UHGV virus genome: UHGV-0163035
Origin: a virus
Direction: 5' to 3' (one strand)
Length of the DNA: 32,831 nt
Shown: positions 14,159 through 24,082 of the stretch, one piece after another
Numbering within the stretch: position 1 is the stretch's first letter
Layout: every line of letters starts with the position of its first letter
Notes under the pieces: generated by a model
What the model was told of the DNA's origin: nothing
Databases searched by the model: none
The model's input: the letters and a program-made list of their open reading frames with translations, nothing else
Program-made: the position numbers and the translations under genes

Positions 14159-14206
14159 AAAAAAGGCGCAGAGCCCGCTCGGAGATCCCGGCAGCCCTGC
14201 GCCTTT
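14159..14206 (-). terminator. late-operon terminator downstream of the endolysin
   Basis: Minus strand AAAAGGCGCAGGGC...GCTCTGCGCCTTTTTT. Confidence 0.7.
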
Positions 14207-14299
14207 TGCTTTGCTTGCAAACTGTTAAAAAAATGCCTATTTGCTATTTTAGCATACAGTTTGCAAATCAATGTGATAATTTAGCGGCTTTTTAACATC

Positions 14300-15229
14300 T
14301 TACTCCATCTGGATTGCATCAATGGCCGAGCCGTAAATGCCCGCGTAGCCGTTTGCGCCGGAATTGTACTTGCTTCCAAAGCGCACCCAGCTAAGCCAGC
14401 CGCCGCCCTTGATATGTACGCGGCAGTCTACAAAGCCGACGTGCGTGCGTATCTGTACGCCGTCGATCTGCTCGCCGTAAATGCCCGCGTAGCCGTCTGC
14501 ACCAGCGCCGCTGTTTTTGATCTCCGGGAGCCAACCGCCGCCCCGGAGATGAACTCGATAATAAATATCGCAGTTTTTGGCATTGATTTTAAGTCCTTCC
14601 ACCGCCTGTCCAAAGTTGCCCGCGTAGTCCTCGCAGTTTTTTACCTGCGGGAGCCAATGGCGCCCCGCGTATGCGGAATACGTCAGATCGCCCGTGCAGG
14701 TGGGCTTCGGCGCACTCGGCTTGGGTGTAGGCTTTGCCGGTGTGCTCGCCGTCATGTAGCTTTTCACCATGTTCAAAAAGCGCTGCCAGCCCTTGTCGAG
14801 CGTTCTGTGCGGGCAATACTTACCATCGAAGTCCTGATGCTTCTTCACGTGCGAAATGTCCCATTTGCGCTCGGTGAGCAGCTTTGCGATATACTCTGCG
14901 GCGTTCTTCTCGGCTTTATCGAAGCGCGTGCCTCCCGAGAGCGAATAGCAAATCTCGATGTGAATACCATGTGCGTTGCCGTCGCGCTGCCCTGCCGCAA
15001 ACGCACCTCTGTTCAGCGGGATACCAATGACGATTTCCTTGTCATCGACCGCCGCGTTAAACGACGTAGAGCTGTCGTTGCGAATCATATACGCGACTTC
15101 ATTCGCGGCAGAAGCATCGTTCGCCGTGTTGTGCACGACGATATATTTCATGTCCTTTGCGCAGGATTCCACCGGGACTTTTAGGTCATATTTGCCCGGG
15201 TTAAGTAAGTTTTGTTTGATCGGTACCAT
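14300..15229 (-). CDS. endolysin: N-acetylmuramoyl-L-alanine amidase (Amidase_2) with ChW-like cell-wall repeats
   Basis: IVVHNTAND, IEICYS, KKHQD..GKYCPH motifs; Pro/Lys linker; three W-containing C-terminal repeats. Confidence 0.92.
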   Translation of the reverse strand: MVPIKQNLLNPGKYDLKVPVESCAKDMKYIVVHNTANDASAANEVAYMIRNDSSTSFNAAVDDKEIVIGIPLNRGAFAAGQRDGNAHGIHIEICYSLSGGTRFDKAEKNAAEYIAKLLTERKWDISHVKKHQDFDGKYCPHRTLDKGWQRFLNMVKSYMTASTPAKPTPKPSAPKPTCTGDLTYSAYAGRHWLPQVKNCEDYAGNFGQAVEGLKINAKNCDIYYRVHLRGGGWLPEIKNSGAGADGYAGIYGEQIDGVQIRTHVGFVDCRVHIKGGGWLSWVRFGSKYNSGANGYAGIYGSAIDAIQME

Positions 15230-15242
15230 TTATTTATCCTCC

Positions 15243-16781
15243 TTATGTAGTAGTCATGGACGCGATGGCGTCCTCAAGCTTTTTGATCACGATGTTAACA
15301 TCTCTCTGATAGTCCAGTTTTACCCCCGCGCCGTCGCTCGCTTGCACCACAGTGTCGGGCGCGTAGGCGGTGAGGGCTTTGTAAGCGGCGATTTCAGCAG
15401 GGGTGAGCGGAGTTTCGATGGGAGTGGCGAGGCAGTAAAAAATGCTTGCGTCTGGGCGCGCTTCGAGCCATTCTGAAAAGGCGACGACCGAATTAACGCC
15501 CGAGCCAGCCTTAAACTGTAGCGTTACGCTTTGAACCCACACATAGCATCTACAGCTCTCTGCCATCTCGATGTCATAAGCAACACCGTCAAAAACAGCA
15601 TATTGGCACAAGGAATATCCCCGCGTTGTTCCGTCTTGCGATGCAGGAACATTAGAAATAAAAGTGTCGCTTTTGTTTGTCGGTGTGAGCTCGTAGCGCC
15701 ATGACAAGCCATCCAATTTTAGTCGATTTACCCTCTGCACCGTTACTCCTCTCTCCAAGTCCACCTCGTCGCACACCCACTGCTGGCCCTGCGGGTCAGT
15801 GTAGTTTCCGCCAGAGGGGACAGGGATGCCGGGTAAGCCGGTGGGGGTGGGCAGGGTAAGAGTTTGTGTTTTACCGTTTCCATCGCTCAAGGTCACTGCA
15901 ATCGTCCCGCCGTTACCAGCGCTCACGATAGGCACAGGGGCATCCGGTGACGGCGTCCCGTCCTGCGTGCTCTTACCGTACACGGTCAGACCGCACAACG
16001 GCGCTGCGAAAGCATCGTCAGCGGAAATCGGATTGCCTGTCTTGCTGCCCACAAGGATGTTCTGCCGCTCCTTGACTGCGCTGATCGCGTCACCTGTGGC
16101 TTTTGCGTCAGCGGCTTCGCCCTCGTGGGTGAGGGTGGTGTCCAGTGCTACGGCAGGGCCGGTGTCACCTTTAGGGCCTTGAGGGCCGACCGGGCCTTGC
16201 GGGCCGGTGTCGCCTTTAGGGCCTTGCGGCCCAGTTGCACCCGTTGGGCCTTGTTCGCCCTGCGGGCCTTGCGGGCCGATGGGGCCAGCGTCACCTTTAG
16301 GGCCTTGCGGGCCATTAAATTTACCTGCATCAGCGTCATCACGGACGCTTTGAGCAGCTTCTTGAGCTTGTTCGGCTTTGTTAGCCGCTTCATTCGCTGC
16401 CGACAAAATCTGCTGTACCACGTCCGGCGTGGGTTCTGCGGGGGCGATTCCCTCCGCGCCCGCGCTTACTGCCACACGATAGATTTGGCTCACGGAGATC
16501 TGCCGCACGCCGTCCGTATATCCTGCAAACGTGAGCTCTCCCGTGCCTGCAGCCGCAGTGGCCTCCGCAGGGACAGACACGACATTATCCGATTCAAGGC
16601 GTATTTGCACGGATTCTCCGTTTGGCGGGTGGAAAGCGACGATAATATCGTAATCTACCCATTCGCCCTTGCGCATCACGCTCAATGTCTCCACGCCGTA
16701 GCTGGCCGCCGTGCCGAGACGAATCGGCTGTTCGGCACACTGCGCAGCGTATCCGTCCAATGTGATCTCGTGCATAATCAA
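15243..16781 (-). CDS. collagen-like fibre protein
   Basis: About 17 G-X-Y triplets (GPQGPKGDT), '[18 protein letters not shown]' and '[17 protein letters not shown]' motifs seen in phage fibre proteins. Confidence 0.8.
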   Translation of the reverse strand: MIMHEITLDGYAAQCAEQPIRLGTAASYGVETLSVMRKGEWVDYDIIVAFHPPNGESVQIRLESDNVVSVPAEATAAAGTGELTFAGYTDGVRQISVSQIYRVAVSAGAEGIAPAEPTPDVVQQILSAANEAANKAEQAQEAAQSVRDDADAGKFNGPQGPKGDAGPIGPQGPQGEQGPTGATGPQGPKGDTGPQGPVGPQGPKGDTGPAVALDTTLTHEGEAADAKATGDAISAVKERQNILVGSKTGNPISADDAFAAPLCGLTVYGKSTQDGTPSPDAPVPIVSAGNGGTIAVTLSDGNGKTQTLTLPTPTGLPGIPVPSGGNYTDPQGQQWVCDEVDLERGVTVQRVNRLKLDGLSWRYELTPTNKSDTFISNVPASQDGTTRGYSLCQYAVFDGVAYDIEMAESCRCYVWVQSVTLQFKAGSGVNSVVAFSEWLEARPDASIFYCLATPIETPLTPAEIAAYKALTAYAPDTVVQASDGAGVKLDYQRDVNIVIKKLEDAIASMTTT

Positions 16782-16809
16782 TTTATATCACCTCTTTTCG
16801 GATTGTCCT

Positions 16810-17037
16810 TTACCGATCCGGAAAACCGTCTCCGTCCGTGTCGGGCAGCTCCGGCAGGCCGGCAACGCTTGTGAGGAGCGAGAGCACGCCGGCGAGCACC
16901 GACGCGCTGGCTACCACGATCCAGTCCACTTCACCGAGCACCGCAGAGGTGCCGATCGTCGCGACAGCGGTCTGCGCGATTGTTTTCACGGCGCGGACGC
17001 CCGCGGCCTTGAGCCAATTTTTCCACTTCGTTTTCAT
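16810..17037 (-). CDS. holin (r1t/Dp-1-like)
   Basis: 'WLKAAGVRAVKTIAQTAVATIG...LAGVLSLLTSVAGLPE' signature. Confidence 0.88.
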   Translation of the reverse strand: MKTKWKNWLKAAGVRAVKTIAQTAVATIGTSAVLGEVDWIVVASASVLAGVLSLLTSVAGLPELPDTDGDGFPDR

Positions 17038-17297
17038 GGGTGATCCTTCCTTTCGATGTCCTCCAGGTCTGCAAGGCGGTGGTTTACGACCTTGATTTGC
17101 TCTTGTATTACGGGGATTTTTTCGGCAAAATTATTATGTTTTCGCACCTCCCGTGTGAGCTCTTCGATCTTCGCGTCCGTGATCGCCTGCGCGACCCGGA
17201 GCTTTTCTTCTGCGCGGCGGTTTCCGGCGACGTTGGTGATGATCACGCCGACAAGCGCGAGCCCGCCGGTGATGATCGCGACAAAAATGTTTTCCAT
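17034..17297 (-). CDS. holin-associated membrane protein (N-terminal TM plus coiled coil)
   Basis: 'IEELTREVRKHNNFA' motif; coupled to the holin. Confidence 0.75.
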   Translation of the reverse strand: MENIFVAIITGGLALVGVIITNVAGNRRAEEKLRVAQAITDAKIEELTREVRKHNNFAEKIPVIQEQIKVVNHRLADLEDIERKDHP

Positions 17298-17314
17298 TGC
17301 TCGCCTTACCCCCC

Positions 17315-18805
17315 TTAGCCGATGATTGCAAACACGGGACGAACGCCAAAAGAGCCAGAAGCGACGAATCTGCTCGCATTACCGCTGCCGTCAACAAGTG
17401 AGAAGATAGTGGCGGAAGATACATCTCTCAGCCAGTAGTTCTCGCGATTATGCAGCTTAGTGCGGTCAAACACAAAGAGCGGGAACTGACCGTCATCCGA
17501 AGCCACGTTGTAACCGTTACCATCATGTGCGCCCCACGCCACAGAACCATAAACCTGCACTTCGTTCATCAGTTCAACCTCAGAGTCAAACCACGCCCAA
17601 CCCGAAGGGGTGTTGCCATTTACAGCAGTGGTTAGAAGCTCTCTTTTTGTAATAACATGAGCAGAACCAAACGCTGTCTTGATAATGGTCTTAGCTTGTT
17701 CGAGATTTGCAGTGTACATCGCGGAACCGACATAACCGCCAGTGGTTGTATCGGTACTGTTCATGGCCGCATTGTAAAGGATCGTATCGGGGACAATTAC
17801 GACATGATGGGTGATACAAGGGGTATCTCCCGTCTTGTAGTAATAATCAAAAGCGGCAATACGCCAGTTGACGCCATCAATTACCCAGTAATCACCAATA
17901 TACAGGTCGGTAAAACTACCATCCGCAATGGCCGCCCATTGTGCGGCGGTCACGCTCGTACCAAGATTTTTGCCTCGATAGATCGAGTTATGCGCTCCGG
18001 CCCCGCTGGACAGTATGGCAAGCACAGGTGCCGCCGCGTTTTCCGCATTCGTTGCTGCGGTCTGCGCTGCCGTTTTCGCGCTTTCGGCCGCAGCCGCGTC
18101 GGCGCTGGCGCTGCCGGCCGCCGTCTCTGCCGTGGTCTTGGCGTCTTCCGCGTCGCTTGCGCTGGTGGCCGCGTTGGTTTCGGACTGTCCCGCATTGGTG
18201 GCCGCTGTCTGCGCCTGCCCGGCCGCGGTGGAGGCTGTACTCGCCGAGCTGGCGGCCGCCGTCGCGGAGCCTGCCGCTGCGCTGGCCGAAGATGCCGCCT
18301 GTTCTGCCGCTGCCTGCGCGGCAGACACCTGTCCCGGTATCCCCTCTGCCGCCGCGAGTGCATCGGCGATCTGCTTGGTCAGGACGCTGTAATAATCTGA
18401 CGAGACGATCTCCGCGTCGGAGACGACATTGGGCAAGACGTGCATCACGACCGCAAATGTCGTGATGCTGGTGCCCGCACTATCGTACAGCTTGATCTGT
18501 ACCGGCACGTTTCCGCGCACCGTAAAGACCTGCGGCACAAGGGCCACGGTCACGACGTTGCCGTTTATCGTCGCAGCCGGCGTGCTTCCGTCGGGCAGCG
18601 TGTCGTAAAATCCCGCGGTGCCGTCCGATTTTTTGTAACGGACGGTCACAAGCGTACCGTTTGGCACAGCCCATTGCGCGCCGCCCGCGTAGATGCTAAA
18701 AGCGATTTTGCGGCTGTTGCTGTCGTCCTGCACCGCGTGAATGATCTGCGGCGCGCCCGGGTCGAGCAGGTCGACGCGCAGCGCCGCCGTTGTTTCAAGT
18801 GGCAT
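17315..18805 (-). CDS. tail fibre / receptor-binding protein (BppU-like N-terminus, Ala-rich stalk, lectin-like C-terminus)
   Basis: 'AVQDDSNSR' N-terminus, Ala/Ser repeats, C-terminal 'YWLRDV...GVRPVF'. Confidence 0.8.
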   Translation of the reverse strand: MPLETTAALRVDLLDPGAPQIIHAVQDDSNSRKIAFSIYAGGAQWAVPNGTLVTVRYKKSDGTAGFYDTLPDGSTPAATINGNVVTVALVPQVFTVRGNVPVQIKLYDSAGTSITTFAVVMHVLPNVVSDAEIVSSDYYSVLTKQIADALAAAEGIPGQVSAAQAAAEQAASSASAAAGSATAAASSASTASTAAGQAQTAATNAGQSETNAATSASDAEDAKTTAETAAGSASADAAAAESAKTAAQTAATNAENAAAPVLAILSSGAGAHNSIYRGKNLGTSVTAAQWAAIADGSFTDLYIGDYWVIDGVNWRIAAFDYYYKTGDTPCITHHVVIVPDTILYNAAMNSTDTTTGGYVGSAMYTANLEQAKTIIKTAFGSAHVITKRELLTTAVNGNTPSGWAWFDSEVELMNEVQVYGSVAWGAHDGNGYNVASDDGQFPLFVFDRTKLHNRENYWLRDVSSATIFSLVDGSGNASRFVASGSFGVRPVFAIIG

Positions 18806-18823
18806 TTTTTTCGTCCTCCCCTA

Positions 18824-20641
18824 CTAGTTATTGCTGCAGAGCACGTAGCGACCGAGCTGCGGGTCCCATACCCACGACACGCTAAAATCTGCGTTATCTC
18901 CGATTGCGAGCCGGTCAAAGTGCCCGATGCGCTGCCCGTTTACTATGGACAGGATTGAGTTTCCGCTTTCGGTTTTTACTCTGTTGTAGACGACCAGCGT
19001 CCCAGTTTTAATCGTCCCGGTATAGCTTCCGTCACTTTTTTCGCCCACGCCCGCGCCGATCGGTCCGAGGTACGAGTAAGAGCCGTCCTCGCCTAGGCCT
19101 CCCTCATTTGTCACGGTGCCAGAAAAGACCTGCACAATGCCTCCGGCGCTTTGGGCTGTCGAGTAGATGCGCACGCGTAGGTTGTCGTTTTCCATCAGCC
19201 TCAGTACTGCCGCCCACAGGTCCATCTCAAATCCGGCGTTTCGGCTCACCACATGGTCGGCAATCAAGTTGACGATGTTGACGAGATCAGCGTTGAGCGT
19301 GCCCGCTGTGATAAAATCGGCGACCATACCGTTTTCCAGCGTGGCTCCGTAGGAAAACGGCCCGTTGTAGCCGTTATTGCTCGCACCCCATCCCTCATGA
19401 TTAAAGCGCCACACCTTGCGCGCCTTGGTCGGGTCCGGATCATCCGCAATGTACAGCGTGTCCGGCATGCCGTCGTTGTTGGTATCCAGCAAGCGCACCG
19501 CGCCGCCGGATGCGCCGAGAATGGTCTCCGTAAGCGCAAGCACTGCCTCTCGCAAGTAAGTTTCGCTCGGTTTCTGCTTGATCTCCTGTTGCTGCCCGAC
19601 GATAGTGTCCGCGATGTTGGTACGCACGTCTCCGATCTCGACGGAGTTGTACCGCTCAAGCAGCACGTCCGTCTCGATCTTGACGATTTCGGCCTTCGCC
19701 TCTACGCCGAGCCGCGGGTATCTAATCGTCACCGTGTCGCAGAGGTCGCATTTTTCGAGCAGCGCAAGATCCTCGTACTCCGGAAACTGCTCGAGCTGGA
19801 CGAAAGACGCCGTGATGCTCGTTTTTGGTATGCCGATCTTGTTGTCTTCGACATACTTTCCCGCGCGCGCCTGCAGCTGCTCCGGTGTCGGCTGTCCCTC
19901 AAAATCGTTGGAAAAATCCACCGGCACGACGCGCGTAAAGTCGTACGTGCCCGGCGCGTTGACAATCTTTGGGTCGCAGGTCACGAGTGCCCCTTCCGCG
20001 TTTGTCCAATACGGATAGATGCCGGTCGCCACGTTGGAGATGTTGCGGTCCTGCTCGATGTCCGTCAGGTTTTTACCGTAGCTAATCACGACGCCGTTGT
20101 CGTATCCGCGATGGCCGTACAAGCGGACGGCAAAGCCGTCCCACTCGTACTCACCGCCGTACACGTCTAGGATCGAGCCGGATGAACCGCCGAGAACCGA
20201 GCGCGTCGACGACGGTGTCGAGACACTAAAAGATGCGACGGTAGACTTGTCCGTCCAAAAAGTGAAGGGACTATCCACCGCCGCGTTGAGGCTGAGCTTT
20301 GAAAGCGCATCCGGCGCGTTGATCGCTGTAAAAGGATTAAGCGGAACGCCGGAGAGGTCGTAGGTGATATGCTGCGCGTACACCATGATAATGCCGTCCA
20401 TCGGCCGCGTGATCCGGTAGATGCGGAAAGGCTGCGGTGCCCGGTATGGGCTCGGGATCGCATAGATGATGCAGCGGTCCGTGATCTCGTCAAAATGCAC
20501 GCCGGTATCCGGGTATTGCATCGTCAGCTCGAAAGCGCCGTTGCGCTCCTCGGTGACCGTGCAGCTGATCGCATCCGTCAGTACGCCGAGCCCCTGCGTG
20601 TTAAACTCCGTCGCGGTGGACGGAAAAAGGATCGGTTTCAT
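18824..20641 (-). CDS. Tal / baseplate hub (prophage tail endopeptidase family)
   Basis: ATG at 20641 overlapping the Dit stop; 'GLGVLTDA..C.V.EERNG.FEL', 'YGKNLTDI' motifs. Confidence 0.85.
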   Translation of the reverse strand: MKPILFPSTATEFNTQGLGVLTDAISCTVTEERNGAFELTMQYPDTGVHFDEITDRCIIYAIPSPYRAPQPFRIYRITRPMDGIIMVYAQHITYDLSGVPLNPFTAINAPDALSKLSLNAAVDSPFTFWTDKSTVASFSVSTPSSTRSVLGGSSGSILDVYGGEYEWDGFAVRLYGHRGYDNGVVISYGKNLTDIEQDRNISNVATGIYPYWTNAEGALVTCDPKIVNAPGTYDFTRVVPVDFSNDFEGQPTPEQLQARAGKYVEDNKIGIPKTSITASFVQLEQFPEYEDLALLEKCDLCDTVTIRYPRLGVEAKAEIVKIETDVLLERYNSVEIGDVRTNIADTIVGQQQEIKQKPSETYLREAVLALTETILGASGGAVRLLDTNNDGMPDTLYIADDPDPTKARKVWRFNHEGWGASNNGYNGPFSYGATLENGMVADFITAGTLNADLVNIVNLIADHVVSRNAGFEMDLWAAVLRLMENDNLRVRIYSTAQSAGGIVQVFSGTVTNEGGLGEDGSYSYLGPIGAGVGEKSDGSYTGTIKTGTLVVYNRVKTESGNSILSIVNGQRIGHFDRLAIGDNADFSVSWVWDPQLGRYVLCSNN

Positions 20642-21348
20642 ATTGCCCTCCATCTCGGCGTGATCTCTACCGCAGTGACGCCGCCGCTCCAAGTAATCCG
20701 CGTTTCTCCGGCGGGCAAGGTCGGAAACTCTCCACCGGCGATGCGGATCGTGCCGTTTTTGTTTTCAAGTCCGCTGTAGGCATTTTGGGTTTCGGCGTCC
20801 AGCGTCAGGCTGCCGTCCATGCTGTCGATCGTCACGGTGACGCCGCCGACCGTCAGCACGCCGCTTCCGCTGCCCGTGATCTGGATCAGCGGAAGCGATT
20901 CGTCCCAGTTGTTCAGCAGGACATGGCCGTTCTCAAGCGCCTGCACCCACGTGCCCGCCTTGATGTACCGGTGCGGTTTGCAATTAAAATTTAGCGTCGT
21001 CTCGCCCGACCGGTTTAAAAACCGCGTGTCAAAATCCAGAGGCCCGGTAAAAACCGCCATACGGTATTCGTCCGGGTGATAGTCGTCCTCCAGCTTTTGG
21101 TATGTCATCGGAGAGCCGAGAAGCCACGCGCGTGCCGCGTCCGTGTTCCGCAGGAAGTCTTTGTGGATAAAAGCGGGATATGAAACCGTTATGTTTTTAT
21201 ACCGCTTGTTATCTCGGATCAGATCGCCAGACCGTCCGGGGATGGACACAAGCTCATAGTCCCTTTCGGAGCCGTTGAAGGTGTTTTCGCCGCTTACATA
21301 GATGCCGTACTCGCGGCAGCAATGCCTGGCAAACCAAAACTTATGCAC
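20638..21348 (-). CDS. distal tail protein (Dit)
   Basis: GTG at 21348; 'IPGRSGDL', 'F.CKPHRY', C-terminal 'ITPRWR'; directly after the tape measure gene. Confidence 0.8.
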   Translation of the reverse strand: MHKFWFARHCCREYGIYVSGENTFNGSERDYELVSIPGRSGDLIRDNKRYKNITVSYPAFIHKDFLRNTDAARAWLLGSPMTYQKLEDDYHPDEYRMAVFTGPLDFDTRFLNRSGETTLNFNCKPHRYIKAGTWVQALENGHVLLNNWDESLPLIQITGSGSGVLTVGGVTVTIDSMDGSLTLDAETQNAYSGLENKNGTIRIAGGEFPTLPAGETRITWSGGVTAVEITPRWRAI

Positions 21349-23872
21349 CGAAAACCGCCGCCTTTCTTTCTGTCGCGTTTTGCATCTCATCCATAATGAT
21401 GTCCGCCAGCGCCCGCACGTCCTGCCCCGGCGCGCCGTATATCGTGATATTGACGCCGCCGAGGTCGGTCTGGTTGGTTGTGTTGCTGGTGAGCGGCTGC
21501 ACCATGGCGCGGTTGCCCATCATTGTGAGCAGTTCCGGCCCGGCCTCGCCGACGATCGCCGAGCCTTGTGAGAGGATGCCGCCCTTTGCCAGATACGGTA
21601 TATTTGGGATATACGGGATGCTGAGGCCGAAATGCCCGCCGCCGAGCCATTTTGGCATGGTAAAGCTGATCGAGTTTAACCCTCCGATCAAGCTGTTAAT
21701 CGCACCGACCGCGCCGTTCAAAAGCCCGATGATGCCGTTTAGCGGCGCTTTTACCATGTTGATTAGGCTATTAAACAGGCCACCGAAGATGTTGACGACG
21801 CCCTGCCATGCCTGCTCCCAGTTGCCCGTGAAGACGCCTTTCACAAAGTCGATCACACCCTGAAAGATCTGCTTGATCGCGTTCCACGTGTTTTCAACAT
21901 TTCTCATAAAAGCGTTGATAATGTCTCCCAGTCCCGGGCCGAAGATTTCCGTCCAGTCCGTTTTAAAGACGCCTTGCAGCCAACTATCCAGCCCCAAAAG
22001 GATGCCTTCGATCAGGTCGCACGCGCCTGTGATTATCCCGGTGATGTAGCTCCACACGCCCGAGACGATCTGCTGCACACCGCTCCACGCCTGTTCCCAG
22101 TTGCCGGTGAAAATGCCTTGAATAAAATCAATTACACCGTTGAGAACCTGATAAACGCCGTCCCAGATGCCTTTCAGCAGCGAAAAGAATCCATTCAGCA
22201 CATTGCCTAAGACGGGGCCGAAGATCTCGGTCCAGTCCGTAGCAAAAACGCCCTGCAGCCACTCGTTAAAGCCTGCCAACCACGCCTTGATCTCTTCTCC
22301 CTTTGTGACGATCAGCACCAGCACCGCAATCAGGGCAACGATCCCCGCGATAGCGAGAACGACGGGATTCGCTGCAAGGAATGACAGCGCACTGGAAATT
22401 GCTGAAATACCACTAATCACGCTTTGCACAAACTCGACGATTTTTAGCGCAGTCAGCGCGAGACCGATCGCGCCGATTACACCGATTACGATTTCTTTAT
22501 TTTCAATTAAAAAGGATACGACGTTTGATACCGCATCAAAAAAGCTCTGGACGTATCCGACGATGGTATCCATGTCGATGCCTGCCGTTGCATCCAAAAT
22601 CGCCTGCATAATGCCGTTTATGCCCTCCTGCACAGCTGTAAGTACAGGCTGCACACGCTCCGAAAGCTTGGCTGCCTTTTTTGTAAATTCAAGCTGCGCG
22701 TTGTTGGCGTCTACGATATCCTTGTTGTTGCTGTACCATGCATCGCCGACATCACTGAGGCCCTGATCGGCCATAGCCTGCAAGACGAGGTTTGTCCGGT
22801 CGGCCTGCGTTTCGGCGTCCTGCAAAGCGAGATTAAAAAAATCTTCGGCGCTGGAAGCTTCTTGCACCGCCTTGTTCCACTCCTCGTTTTCTTCGGTGTT
22901 TTCTTTGAGCATTACGCCGAAGGTCTCGCCCTCTTTGCTGCCCCAGTTCAGGACGTCCGCAAAGGTGCCCGTCACCTGCCCGGCGCGGATTGTTTCGTTG
23001 ATTGATTCCGCAAGACCGTCGATCGGGATGCTGTCCCCGTATTTCGCCCAAGCGCCGACGGCACTCGAAATCAGACTGTTTATATCCTTTTGCGACGCAC
23101 CAATCGCCTGCAGGTTCGCCGTTGTTGTGGCAGCGGACTGATCGTCCCCAAGCGCCCCATAAAGCTGAGAAAAAGCCTCGCTTGTCTCCTCCGCGGAGTA
23201 TCCCGCCGCCTCGCTGGAAGTTTCCAGCGTGCCCATGATCTTGCGGTACTCTTTGGTTTCCTCGTTCAGATCCTTAATCCCGGATACGATTTCCTTGATT
23301 CCCTCGACAAGTACATCGGCTTTGAGATGATCCGCGAAGCTGGACGCACTGTCTCCCGCTTCTTCGAGCGCGTCGTCTGCGTCCTTGGCCGCATCTTCTA
23401 CGTCCTCGATCGGCTTCTCGTCGATCTTTTTGACCTTTGATGCTGTCTCGGACGCCGCGTCGCCAAGTTGTTTTAAAGCGGATTCGCCCTTTGATTGCGC
23501 GATTTCATCCTGCAAGCTGGACGCCGCCTTTTCGGCTTTCCGCAAATCCGCTTCCGTCGCGACGATTTCGCGCTGCAGTGCATCGTACTGCGCCTGCGAG
23601 ACTTTCCCCTGCGCAAACTGCTGCTGCACCTGCTTTTCGGCGTTTTTTAGCGAATCCAGCTTTTGCTTTGTCTGTTCCACGCTGTCCGCCAGAAGCCGCT
23701 GCTTCTGCTCGAGCAATGTGACATTGCCCGGGTCCAGCTTCAGCAGCCGCTCCACATCGCGCAGCTGCTTTTGCGTCGTGCTGATCTCTTTGTTTACGCC
23801 CGAAAGCGCTTTAGACAGTGCGGTCGTATCGCCGCCAATTTCAATCGTTATGCCTTTGATTCGGTCCGCCAT
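21341..23872 (-). CDS. tail tape measure protein
   Basis: 'RIKGITIEIGGDTT' N-terminus, W/F periodic repeats, 'LAKGGI...VGEAGPE' C-terminus. Confidence 0.92.
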   Translation of the reverse strand: MADRIKGITIEIGGDTTALSKALSGVNKEISTTQKQLRDVERLLKLDPGNVTLLEQKQRLLADSVEQTKQKLDSLKNAEKQVQQQFAQGKVSQAQYDALQREIVATEADLRKAEKAASSLQDEIAQSKGESALKQLGDAASETASKVKKIDEKPIEDVEDAAKDADDALEEAGDSASSFADHLKADVLVEGIKEIVSGIKDLNEETKEYRKIMGTLETSSEAAGYSAEETSEAFSQLYGALGDDQSAATTTANLQAIGASQKDINSLISSAVGAWAKYGDSIPIDGLAESINETIRAGQVTGTFADVLNWGSKEGETFGVMLKENTEENEEWNKAVQEASSAEDFFNLALQDAETQADRTNLVLQAMADQGLSDVGDAWYSNNKDIVDANNAQLEFTKKAAKLSERVQPVLTAVQEGINGIMQAILDATAGIDMDTIVGYVQSFFDAVSNVVSFLIENKEIVIGVIGAIGLALTALKIVEFVQSVISGISAISSALSFLAANPVVLAIAGIVALIAVLVLIVTKGEEIKAWLAGFNEWLQGVFATDWTEIFGPVLGNVLNGFFSLLKGIWDGVYQVLNGVIDFIQGIFTGNWEQAWSGVQQIVSGVWSYITGIITGACDLIEGILLGLDSWLQGVFKTDWTEIFGPGLGDIINAFMRNVENTWNAIKQIFQGVIDFVKGVFTGNWEQAWQGVVNIFGGLFNSLINMVKAPLNGIIGLLNGAVGAINSLIGGLNSISFTMPKWLGGGHFGLSIPYIPNIPYLAKGGILSQGSAIVGEAGPELLTMMGNRAMVQPLTSNTTNQTDLGGVNITIYGAPGQDVRALADIIMDEMQNATERKAAVFGA

Positions 23873-23876
23873 CTAC

Positions 23877-24082
23877 TCACCCCTTCGGAAAAAAGCGGTT
23901 AATATCCGCTTGCGTTGCTTTATACGGATATTTCTCTTGATCGTTCGCCTGCTCGATCAGCATATCGTATACCATGCCCACCGTCATATCGTCGAGGTCC
24001 TCACGACTGAGCCCCAACTCCGCGCAGCGGAGCATAAAGGTCGCGCCGGTTGCTTCGCGCACAGTTTGTCTTATTTTTTTTT
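23877..24082 (-). CDS. tail assembly chaperone frameshift extension (gpGT-like)
   Basis: -1 frame opens across A9 (24074-24082): ...KK-IRQTVREATG...KATQADINRFF. Confidence 0.7.

Noticed and set aside
14038..14271. 77-aa minus-strand ORF as a type I toxin opposite ncRNA-2
   Set aside because: No RBS, no TM helix, crosses two terminators, and is not conserved in the ncRNA-1 copy.
17315..17450. Active DGR cassette
   Set aside because: No RT, Avd or template repeat found anywhere in the apparently complete genome.
21700..22300. Internal duplication in the tape measure gene
   Set aside because: Ordinary tape measure repeat expansion (WTEIFGP and FTGNWEQAW twice each); not a separate element.
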